A stretch of 34,314 bases of DNA, taken from assembly GCA_964399665.1 (NCBI GenBank), contig CAYNSI010000002.1, positions 1 to 34,314 on the forward strand. Reading direction: 5' to 3'. Source of the DNA: an uncultured Enterobacterales bacterium. Its GTDB lineage: Bacteria > Pseudomonadota > Gammaproteobacteria > Enterobacterales > Succinivibrionaceae. The position numbers and the translations under genes were made by a program. Under the pieces are notes generated by a model that had not been told where the DNA came from, made no database searches, and saw only the letters and a program-made list of their open reading frames with translations. Shown piece by piece: positions 17,926 to 26,131 of the stretch (position 1 is the first letter of the stretch; every line of letters starts with the position of its first letter).

Positions 17926-17981
17926 GAACTTCATCAGGGTTCAAACTTTCATCAATCTGCATCAGGGTTTAAACTTTCATC
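17926..17981. repeat. 28-bp tandem duplication (2 units) spanning the trbB stop codon
   Basis: Unit 17926-17953 versus unit 17954-17981. The 22-nt core CATCAGGGTT(C/T)AAACTTTCATC matches at 21/22 positions; 24/28 overall. Confidence 0.8.
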
Positions 17982-18953
17982 TACAAACACCTGCCTTATA
18001 AGGAAAGTGTCTTTTGCAAAACCTTTAACCTCACCTATTACCGCAACTTTCCTGGAAGCACCTCTTTTAAGCTGCACAATCACATCCATAGCCTCAGCCA
18101 AGGTAGGTTCTATCAGTCTTGGGGCATTAGGATGCCTGGAGATCAAAAGCGTAAGACGCTTTAAAGCCTGGGAAATGGAACCTGCGTGCACGGTACACAG
18201 CCCGCCGCTGTGCCCAGTTGACAAGGCATCTACCAAATCAAGTGCCTCAGCCCCTCTTACTTCGCCTACTACAATGCGATCAGGTCTAAGTCTTAGGGCA
18301 GAGCGCAGCAGCACTGCCATGTCAGCACCATCAGAGGTGTAAAGCTGCACGGTGTTTTCAAGATCAATCTTAATTTCAGGAGTATCTTCAATGGTCAGAA
18401 CCCGCTCCTTTGGAGATACTGCCCCAAGTTCATTGATAAGCGCCTTTACCAAAGTTGTTTTGCCGGTTCCCGTACCTCCTGAAACTACTATGGTGCGCTT
18501 TTGGGCCACCGCCTCATGAAGGTAGGCAAAGCTTTTGTCACAAAGCATGCCGCCTTGGGCAAGCTGCTCTAAGCTTATAAAACTGACACTGTGCTTTCTT
18601 ATCGAAAAAATGGGGGCACGTACCAAGGGAGGCAGCAAGGCCTCAAAACGGGCCCCGTTACCCGGCACCTCACCCGAAAAAATAGGACTTAGGCTTTTAA
18701 GCTCCCGGTTGGCAACGGATGCTATTGTTCTTACCACAGCCTCAGCATCACCTGAAGGCAGAGTTCCCAGCTTTACTAATCCTCCGCCTTTAAATTCAGC
18801 AAATAAGGAACCATCGGGATTGAGCATAATTTCGGTGATATCATCATCGATTAGGGCATTGCGAATAAGCGGACCGAAACTGCTTTGAAACCTCTCATAG
18901 GCCCTGGTCTCGTAGGCATTAAGGGCTTTGAAAGAATTGTTATGTTCAGTCAC
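17952..18953 (-). CDS. trbB: T4SS ATPase TrbB/VirB11 family
   Basis: 333 aa. GTG start with GGGAG RBS. Walker A GGTGTGKTT, Asp box LTIEDTPE, His box GHSGGLCTVHA. Confidence 0.9.
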   Translation of the reverse strand: MTEHNNSFKALNAYETRAYERFQSSFGPLIRNALIDDDITEIMLNPDGSLFAEFKGGGLVKLGTLPSGDAEAVVRTIASVANRELKSLSPIFSGEVPGNGARFEALLPPLVRAPIFSIRKHSVSFISLEQLAQGGMLCDKSFAYLHEAVAQKRTIVVSGGTGTGKTTLVKALINELGAVSPKERVLTIEDTPEIKIDLENTVQLYTSDGADMAVLLRSALRLRPDRIVVGEVRGAEALDLVDALSTGHSGGLCTVHAGSISQALKRLTLLISRHPNAPRLIEPTLAEAMDVIVQLKRGASRKVAVIGEVKGFAKDTFLIRQVFVDESLNPDAD

Positions 18954-19399
18954 AGTAAAACTCCCGTAAAAATTTTTCTTAAAGTTTAGAAAGAGAGGTC
19001 TTAATGAAGATGCAAAACTGTGGGGTTAAAGGCCTTGTGAAAGAAATAAGCAAATGAGATTGCTTGAAATAAAAGCAAATTAATTTTTCAACTTTTTTGC
19101 AATTTAAGGATAATGCACCAAATCAGGGAGTATAAGCGGTGACACCTTGGCTGAGCACAGAAAGCTGGCAAACTAAAAATCCTGCTGGATTAGCTTTTTA
19201 GCACAGCTTTGTCCTGCATTAAAAAAGATAAAATGTCTCAGGCTTAAAAACTTAAGATGACATAAAGGATCTTGTAGGTAGTTCCTGGGTGCACAAAGTG
19301 CTTGTTACAGCAAACAAGCTTAAAAGCTGCAGGCTGTCGTAAATTAAGAGGATGGTTTGGTAGACAGTGAATATTTTTCCATCATGAGAAGGTAATTGC
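18954..19399. promoter_or_regulatory. Divergent control region between the trb operon and the AraC-family regulator gene
   Basis: 446-bp non-coding gap upstream of both trbB (-) and the AraC gene (+). AAGCAAAT occurs twice (19048 and 19073). No promoter hexamers confidently assigned. Confidence 0.4.
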
Positions 19400-20320
19400 A
19401 TGAGTTTTAATGTAGAAAACAGTTCAATTCTTGAGACACTTAAGGAGAAGATCCTCAAGCTTATGCCTCATCCTGCAGCTGATTTGACGGCAGCGATGAA
19501 GACCAACACCGGACTTGAGATCCTGCACATTGATACAAGATTGAAACCTGTCAACTGTTTTTTGGAACCTAAAGCTGTCTTTGTTATCCAGGGCGCAAAA
19601 CGCATAACAATAGGAGGCTATGACCATGAATGCCGTGAAGGAAGCTCCATGGTAACGGCAGTAGGCCTGCCTGTATCATGTAGGATCCTCAATGCCTCAT
19701 TTAACAAACCTTTCCTGTCTTTAGCAGTAAGCTTTGATCCTGTAATACTCAAGCAGTGCCTGAAAGACCTTAAAGATTGCGATACTTCCAAAAACTTAGG
19801 CGATATAAGAGCCATATCCTTTGCTTCCCAAACCCCGCAGCTTTGCGAGATCCTGCACAGAATGCTCTCCCTTGCCGACAACAGCACTGATGCTGCCCTC
19901 CTTGCACCGCTTTTGCACCACGAGCTTTACCTTTGTCTTCTAAAAAGCCCTCATGGCTGCCATATGCAAGAGCTCCTGTCAGAAGGTTTGGGAGCAGGTC
20001 AAATTGCCAAGGCAGTCAACCTGCTAAGGCACAATGTTCATCAACAGCTTAATGTCGAAGATCTGGCCCAGAGCGTACACATGGCCCCGTCAACTTTTTA
20101 CAGAAATTTTAAAAAGATAACCTGCCTAAGCCCGCTGCAATTTCATAAGTATTTTAGATTATGTGAGGCAAAGCAGCTCATGCTCTCAGGTATGAATGCA
20201 ACAAGAGCCTGCTTCAGCGTAGGCTATGCAAGCTGCCAGCAGTTTTCCCGTGACTACAAGCAGTATTTTGGCAATCCCCCTGCAAAGGATATTAAAGAAG
20301 AACTTTTAAAGCCTAAATAA
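19400..20320 (+). CDS. AraC-family transcriptional regulator with an N-terminal cupin-like (AraC_N type, YqhC-like) sensor domain
   Basis: 306 aa. C-terminal double HTH (LAQSVHMAPSTFYRNFKK... GYASCQQFSRDYKQYFG). The N-terminal ~190 aa resemble the AraC_N ligand domain; this is from memory and needs an HMM check. Confidence 0.85.
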   Translation: MSFNVENSSILETLKEKILKLMPHPAADLTAAMKTNTGLEILHIDTRLKPVNCFLEPKAVFVIQGAKRITIGGYDHECREGSSMVTAVGLPVSCRILNASFNKPFLSLAVSFDPVILKQCLKDLKDCDTSKNLGDIRAISFASQTPQLCEILHRMLSLADNSTDAALLAPLLHHELYLCLLKSPHGCHMQELLSEGLGAGQIAKAVNLLRHNVHQQLNVEDLAQSVHMAPSTFYRNFKKITCLSPLQFHKYFRLCEAKQLMLSGMNATRACFSVGYASCQQFSRDYKQYFGNPPAKDIKEELLKPK

Positions 20321-20480
20321 CAAAGCCTGTTCCCTGTCCTTTCCGATAATCTTCCAAAGGCACTTAGGGTTGTACCTTAAGCCTTATGCCTTGGGTACGC
20401 GCAAAAAGTTACAAATCTGCTAAAATCTAAGCCCGATTTTTGGAGTATCCACGTTTAAAAATAGTGTTATGAGGAAAAAG

Positions 20481-22523
20481 ATGAGTCATCGTTCTTTGCT
20501 AGTGACCTCTGCCCTGCCGTATGCCAACGGGCCCATTCACTTAGGCCATATGCTCGAGCACATTCAATCAGATATTTTTGTCCGCTATCACCGTGCCATA
20601 GGTGATGAGGTGCGCTATGTCTGTGCCGATGACTGTCACGGTACTCCCATTATGATCAAGGCCAAACAGCTTGAGATCACCCCTGAACAATTAATAGCCG
20701 AATCAGAAGCAGCTCATAAAGCTGATTTTTCAGGATTTTTAATAAACTACGATAATTATTACCGTACCCACTCCCCCGAAAATAAGGCCTTTTCAGAAGA
20801 GATCTATCACAAGCTTAAGGAAAAAGGATGCATCAAGACCCGCACGATAAAACAGCTTTTTGACCCCCAAAAGTCCATGTTTCTTCCTGATCGCTTTGTA
20901 AAAGGCACCTGCCCAAGATGCGGGGCCCCTGATCAATACGGTGACAATTGTGAGGTATGCTCTGCCACCTATAATCCTGTCGATCTTAAGGATGCCTATT
21001 CGGTAGTATCAGGTGCCAGGCCTGTTTTAAAAGAATCGCTGCACTACTTTTTTGATCTTCCACAATTTACGGATTTTTTGCACGATTACATCAGAAACTC
21101 CAAAGTCCTGGCCCCTGAACTTGCCAATAAGCTTGAAGAATGGTTCAAAGAAGGCCTTAAAGAATGGGATATTTCCCGCGATGCCCCCTACTTTGGCTTT
21201 AAGATCCCCGGAACTGAAGATAAATACTTTTATGTCTGGCTGGATGCCACCATAGGCTACATGGCATCTTTTAAAAATTACTGTGACAGGGAAGGTCTTG
21301 ATTTTAATGAATATTTCAAAGAAGACTCAGAAAAGGAACTTTACCATTTTATAGGCAAGGACATCCTCTATTTCCACTCCCTGTTCTGGCCTGCCACCTT
21401 AAAGGGTGCAGGATTAAGGCTGCCTACGGGTCTTTTTGTACACGGCTACGTCACCGTCAACGGCACCAAGATGTCAAAGTCCAAAGGCACCTTTATTCAG
21501 GCCTCAACCTATCTTAAGCACCTAAGGCCCGAATGCCTGCGTTACTATTTTGCATCCAAGATGAATGCCCAGGCAGCCGACTTGGATCTGGCCCTTGATG
21601 ATTTTGTTGCCAAAGTAAATTCAGATATCGTAGGCAAGACGGTAAACTTAGCCTCGCGCACCGCAGGCTTTATTACCAAGCGCTTTGACGGCATGCTCGC
21701 ATCTGAAGTCTTTGACAATTCCCTGCAGCAAAAAGCCCAAAACATTATGACAAAGGTAAAGGAAGGCTATGACAGCCGCAATTATGCCGAGGCCATACGT
21801 GAAATCATGACTCTTGCAGATGAGGCCAACCGATTTATAGACCGTGAGGCTCCGTGGGTACTTGCCAAAGATGAGGCCCAAAATAAAAGGCTTCATTTAG
21901 TCTGCACCCAGGGCATCAATATTTATAAGGCAGTCATTACCTACCTAAGTCCCGTGCTGCCCAAACTTTATGAGGACAGCCAAAAATTTTTAAATTCCAA
22001 GCTGCCCTTTGCCGACGCTGCAGTACCTCTTTTGGATCACAAAATAGAAGCTTTCAAGCCCCTTTTTACCCGCATCGACAAAAAAGATATCGATGCCATG
22101 ATAAATGAGAGTAAACAAAACTTGTCCTCATCACAACCTGAAACAAAAACCCCGGAAGGCAAACCTAAGAAAACTTCAGAATTCCTGCCATTGGAACCTG
22201 AAATTACCATTGATGATTTTGTAAAACTTGATTTGCGCGTTGCCACCGTAATTGCGGCAGAAGAGGTTGAACAGGCCCGCAAACTTCTTAAGTTAAAGCT
22301 TGATTTGGGCTTTGAAACAAGAGAGGTATTTGCAGGCATTAAAAGTGCCTATGATCCTGCAGCGCTTATAGGGCGCAAGGTTATCGTAGCTGCCAATCTT
22401 AAACCGCGCATGATGAAATTTGGACTTTCACAGGGCATGGTTCTGGCAGCAGGAGAAGGTGGACGGGACATCTTTTTGCTAAGTCCAGATGATGGTGCCA
22501 AAAATGGAGATAAGGTGCATTAA
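20481..22523 (+). CDS. metG: Methionine--tRNA ligase with C-terminal tRNA-binding domain
   Basis: LVTSALPYANGPIHLGHMLEHIQSDIFVRY closely parallels E. coli MetG. KMSKS present. Zn knuckle CPRCG...CEVC. The ATG at 20481 has an AGGA RBS; the ORF track start at 20469 is 4 codons upstream. Confidence 0.95.
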   Translation: MSHRSLLVTSALPYANGPIHLGHMLEHIQSDIFVRYHRAIGDEVRYVCADDCHGTPIMIKAKQLEITPEQLIAESEAAHKADFSGFLINYDNYYRTHSPENKAFSEEIYHKLKEKGCIKTRTIKQLFDPQKSMFLPDRFVKGTCPRCGAPDQYGDNCEVCSATYNPVDLKDAYSVVSGARPVLKESLHYFFDLPQFTDFLHDYIRNSKVLAPELANKLEEWFKEGLKEWDISRDAPYFGFKIPGTEDKYFYVWLDATIGYMASFKNYCDREGLDFNEYFKEDSEKELYHFIGKDILYFHSLFWPATLKGAGLRLPTGLFVHGYVTVNGTKMSKSKGTFIQASTYLKHLRPECLRYYFASKMNAQAADLDLALDDFVAKVNSDIVGKTVNLASRTAGFITKRFDGMLASEVFDNSLQQKAQNIMTKVKEGYDSRNYAEAIREIMTLADEANRFIDREAPWVLAKDEAQNKRLHLVCTQGINIYKAVITYLSPVLPKLYEDSQKFLNSKLPFADAAVPLLDHKIEAFKPLFTRIDKKDIDAMINESKQNLSSSQPETKTPEGKPKKTSEFLPLEPEITIDDFVKLDLRVATVIAAEEVEQARKLLKLKLDLGFETREVFAGIKSAYDPAALIGRKVIVAANLKPRMMKFGLSQGMVLAAGEGGRDIFLLSPDDGAKNGDKVH

Positions 22524-22566
22524 AAGCAGCAGCTCCCATTTGCTGCCTTGTCAAATGCCATATAAA

Positions 22567-22600
22567 GCAGGGCTTTATCATCAGATAAAGCCCTGCCTTT
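22567..22600 (+). terminator. Putative metG terminator hairpin
   Basis: Perfect 12-bp stem GCAGGGCTTTAT / ATAAAGCCCTGC with a 6-nt loop, followed by CTTTAAGCTT (weak U-tract). Confidence 0.55.
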
Positions 22601-22661
22601 AAGCTTATGACACCAAGTTTCCTGCCCTTAACTTAAATCAGCTTTGGTTTTTTGAGGTTTT

Positions 22662-24065
22662 ATGAGTTCTGTCCGCCTGCTGCCTGCAGTTCCTCCCTTA
22701 AGTACTGAAATCAGAAGGCTTTTTAAACTGTTCTGGCCTATTCTGTTAGGCCAGCTGGCTCAGACTTCCATGGGAGTAGTAGATACGGTGATGGCAGGTG
22801 CTGCAGGAACCGTGGAGCTTTCAGGTGTTGCCATAGGAGGATCTTTTTTCTGGCCGCCCCTGCTGTTTTTAATAGGTCTTTGCGTTGCTATCACTCCTGT
22901 TGTTGCACAGTTGCGAGGCTCAGGAAATACTGACAAGATACCTGAAAACATGCACCTTGCAACTATAATTTGTTTAAGCTTCTCGATAGTAACGGCAGTT
23001 TTGATGTGTTTTCTTCCAAGGCTCTATCACCTTGTTGAAAATGCCGACCCTCAAATGATTGAGGTAGCCACAAAATACCTTTACGCCGTGGCAGCGGGGA
23101 TCCCAGGCTTTACTCTTTTTAATATCCTAAGATCTTATTGGGAAGGCCTTGGCAACTCCCTGCCGACACTCGTCTTTGGATTTATCGCCCTGCTTCTTAA
23201 TATCCCCCTTAACTATATTTTCATATTCGGGAAACTGGGAATGCCCGCCATGGGGGGCGCAGGATGCGGTGTTGCAACGACTATTACCATCTACATTACC
23301 GCAGTCTTGATGCTCGTTTACGTGCAAAAAGGACAGTACTTTAAGAGGGTAAGACTTTACCGCAAATGGTACCCCTTCAAAAAAGAACAGGTAACAGGAT
23401 ACCTTAAGCTTGCCCTGCCGCTTGGTCTCTCCACTACCATTGAGGTAACCTGCTTTGCCATGGTATCTTTACTGCTCGCCCCCTTCGGTCCGGTCATGGT
23501 AGCCGCTCATACCATAGCCTTGAATCTGTCAGGACTGCTGTGGATCTGCCCTTTGTCCCTGGCCTCAGCTGCCACCATAAGAACAGCAGAAGCAGTGGGG
23601 GCAGGCTCCCTGCCAAGGGCCAGACGTACCGTGCAGGGAGTCATATCCTTAGGATTGGTCTTTTACCTTGCATGTTTTGTTTTGGTGATGCTAAACCGCG
23701 ACTTTATCGTCTCCTTGTACACCAAAGATGCTGCCGTACACGCCATTGCCGTGGTATTGGTTACCACCTGCGTTTACTATCTGCTCTCTGACAGCACCCA
23801 AGTGCTGTCAATAGGGATCTTAAGGGGCTTTAAGGACAGCAGGACCATCTTTATCGTCACTACCATTGCCTACTGGGTAGTAGGCATGCCCACAGGATAT
23901 ATCCTAGCCTACGGCATTATTGGAGAACCCATGCAGGCTTTAGGATTTTGGCTGGGATTTTTGGCAGCCCTAACCTTTGCTGCCATAATTTATGTCGCAA
24001 GACTTATTATGCTGTTTAAATCTCAAAAACTGCCAAAAGATCCTTATCAAAAGGCAGAAAAATAG
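22662..24065 (+). CDS. norM: MATE-family multidrug efflux transporter (NorM/MdtK-like)
   Basis: 467-aa protein with about 12 TMs. N-terminal LFWPILLGQLAQTSMGVVDTVMAG is typical of NorM-type MATE proteins. Confidence 0.8.
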   Translation: MSSVRLLPAVPPLSTEIRRLFKLFWPILLGQLAQTSMGVVDTVMAGAAGTVELSGVAIGGSFFWPPLLFLIGLCVAITPVVAQLRGSGNTDKIPENMHLATIICLSFSIVTAVLMCFLPRLYHLVENADPQMIEVATKYLYAVAAGIPGFTLFNILRSYWEGLGNSLPTLVFGFIALLLNIPLNYIFIFGKLGMPAMGGAGCGVATTITIYITAVLMLVYVQKGQYFKRVRLYRKWYPFKKEQVTGYLKLALPLGLSTTIEVTCFAMVSLLLAPFGPVMVAAHTIALNLSGLLWICPLSLASAATIRTAEAVGAGSLPRARRTVQGVISLGLVFYLACFVLVMLNRDFIVSLYTKDAAVHAIAVVLVTTCVYYLLSDSTQVLSIGILRGFKDSRTIFIVTTIAYWVVGMPTGYILAYGIIGEPMQALGFWLGFLAALTFAAIIYVARLIMLFKSQKLPKDPYQKAEK

Positions 24066-24086
24066 ACCGGCTTAAAAATCCCTGCC

Positions 24087-24614
24087 CTATTTATCGTCCT
24101 GAGACAGCATTCTTTGGTCAACTGCACGACAGGCTGTGGCAATTACTTCCTCAAGAGGGGGCGTAATATCAATGGTTATGACATCAGTCTCATCCTCCCT
24201 TGGAATTTCGAGGGCATCAAACTGGCTTTGTACCATGCTCTCCTTCATATAATGTCCCTGACGTGCCCTCATGCGCTCACAGATAAGGTCAAATGATCCT
24301 TTAAGGTGTACAAAAAGCAGATCATTGCCCTCACGCAAGATCTCACGGTATTTTTTCTTCAGGGCCGAGCAGACAATAACCCCGCTTGAGCTCCTTTGTG
24401 ACAGAGAAAAGAACACATCGGAAATACGTACAAGCCATGGGGCGCGATCTTCATCATTCAGAGGCTGACCTTGTGCCATCTTAAGAACATTGGCTCGAGG
24501 ATGTAAGTCATCACCGTCTAAGAATCTGCAGCCTAAATGTTCTGCAAGGGCTATCCCAACTGAAGTCTTCCCCGAACCGCAAACTCCCATCACCACAATA
24601 TTTTTCCCGGCCAT
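24087..24614 (-). CDS. gntK: Gluconokinase
   Basis: 175 aa. P-loop GVCGSGKTS, then FLDGDDLHPRANVLKMAQGQPLNDEDRAPWL, characteristic of GntK/IdnK. Confidence 0.85.
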   Translation of the reverse strand: MAGKNIVVMGVCGSGKTSVGIALAEHLGCRFLDGDDLHPRANVLKMAQGQPLNDEDRAPWLVRISDVFFSLSQRSSSGVIVCSALKKKYREILREGNDLLFVHLKGSFDLICERMRARQGHYMKESMVQSQFDALEIPREDETDVITIDITPPLEEVIATACRAVDQRMLSQDDK

Positions 24615-24662
24615 GTGTTACCTCACCTGTTTTCACTGCTTATATTGATACAAAATTTATCC

Positions 24663-26093
24663 TTAAGACTGCCCGATATTTTCAAGACTTTGCAGTACCA
24701 TAGTTACCGATTCTTCATCCGTACCTCCGCCCAAGGCTACCATCAGGGTCATCTTGGCATCCAAAAGATCCCTTTTTAATCCTAAAAAGCTTATGGCAGC
24801 CTGTCTTTGGGTATCACAGGCATCAAGAAAATCTGTCAATGTTGCCGAGCCGTAACGGTAACGGGCTTCATAGCGATCGCGGTTTAGAGTCGCAAGATTT
24901 AAGGTTTCCTCTGCCGTTACCACTGCCTTTTGGTAGTAATTAAGATTCTCCAGAGCATCGTAGACCTCCTTTACCGCATCAAGATAGGTGTCAACAAAGT
25001 CAACCCGGGCCAAATCCCTTTCTACCAGGGCAAGTTCCTTTTCATATTTAAGATCCCAGTAATTTAAAAAAGGAAAGGTAATGGCAGCCCCCAGGGCTCC
25101 TATGGGATCTGACAAAATTCTGCCAAAGCTTGCCGCATCTCCGCCTGTAACTGAGGCCGTAAGATTTAGAGTAGGGAAGAAACTTGAATTTGCCTCATCG
25201 ACATCATAGAAAGCAGCCTTAAGCCTGGCCTCGGCTGCCATCAGATCCGGGCGGCGTGACAGCAGGCTTGCGGGGATTTCAAGTCCAATGTCAGGACTTG
25301 CAGCATCTTCAAGCTTGAGAGTATAGACAGTACTTTGTGCATTTTCCCCTAAAAGATAGGTTAAGGCATTAGCTGCATTGCCTACTGCCTGAACCCTGGC
25401 ATCATAGGTATCCTCAATGGCAAGGAAATTGACTTTGGCAGTATCAAGCTCCAGCAAATCTGCAGATCCTGCCTCATAACGGCTTTGTACCAGCTCAAGG
25501 CGTCTTCTGCCGTCTTTAAGCTCCTCCTCTCCAAGAGCCAGAGCCTCTTTGGCATAGGCATACTGCCAGTAGGCCTGACTTACCGAGCTTATAACAGTAA
25601 GTCTCATGGCAAGATAATCATACAGTGAAGCCATGAGATTTTCTCCGCTTGAAAGCCTCTGGGCCTCAAGGCGCGAGAAAAGATCCACCTCAAAGGAAAG
25701 ACCAAGGCTTGATGAAGACGATCTAACACTGGGATTGCCATGATCAAGCTCACGACTGATATCAAAACCAATCCCTGAGTTAAAGTCAGGCAGGATATTA
25801 GTACGGGACAACCCCAAAGAATACCAGGCAGATCTTACATTAAGAAAGGCAGTCTGCATTTGGGAATTGTTGGAAAGGGCCTTGTCAATAGCATCAGAGA
25901 GCATCTTATCGCCAAAACTTTGGTAAAAGTCCTCATCTAAGCGATTTTTTTGATAAAGCTCCTCATATGGATAAGAGCTTATCTCATCAAGATCGGGTCT
26001 TTGATAATCAGTAAGCATTAAAGAGCAGCCCTGAACAATTAAAGCCGCCGCTAAAAGAACGATTAAAGCAGGAAGATTTTTTTCCCTTGGCAT
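24663..26093 (-). CDS. Efflux outer-membrane factor lipoprotein (NodT/TolC family)
   Basis: Start set to the ATG at 26093 (MPREKNLPAL..., AAGGAG RBS). Lipobox IVQGC. Two TolC-like repeats. Confidence 0.85.
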   Translation of the reverse strand: MPREKNLPALIVLLAAALIVQGCSLMLTDYQRPDLDEISSYPYEELYQKNRLDEDFYQSFGDKMLSDAIDKALSNNSQMQTAFLNVRSAWYSLGLSRTNILPDFNSGIGFDISRELDHGNPSVRSSSSSLGLSFEVDLFSRLEAQRLSSGENLMASLYDYLAMRLTVISSVSQAYWQYAYAKEALALGEEELKDGRRRLELVQSRYEAGSADLLELDTAKVNFLAIEDTYDARVQAVGNAANALTYLLGENAQSTVYTLKLEDAASPDIGLEIPASLLSRRPDLMAAEARLKAAFYDVDEANSSFFPTLNLTASVTGGDAASFGRILSDPIGALGAAITFPFLNYWDLKYEKELALVERDLARVDFVDTYLDAVKEVYDALENLNYYQKAVVTAEETLNLATLNRDRYEARYRYGSATLTDFLDACDTQRQAAISFLGLKRDLLDAKMTLMVALGGGTDEESVTMVLQSLENIGQS

Positions 26094-26131
26094 TTTTGCT
26101 CCTTTAAGATCCGCCTTAACCTGTAACATGA

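Noticed and set aside
8753-18953. Calling the trb block a conjugative element or ICE fragment on compositional grounds.
   Set aside because: Hand counts of a few 60-nt lines give mid-40s % GC both inside the block and in the flanking metG region, so no compositional island is evident. A proper computation is needed before claiming recent horizontal transfer.
19004-19057. A 17-codon plus-strand mini-ORF (MKMQNCGVKGLVKEISK) with a GAGG upstream, in the trbB/AraC intergenic region.
   Set aside because: It is too short to evaluate without conservation data. It may be chance, so it is noted only as part of the control region.
8741-19181. Possible att-like direct repeat flanking the T4SS block: CTAAAAAT(T)CCT near 8742 and near 19167.
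   Set aside because: Only about 9-11 nt long, in AT-rich DNA with a plausible chance match, and no integrase or tRNA nearby. Not enough to call insertion boundaries.
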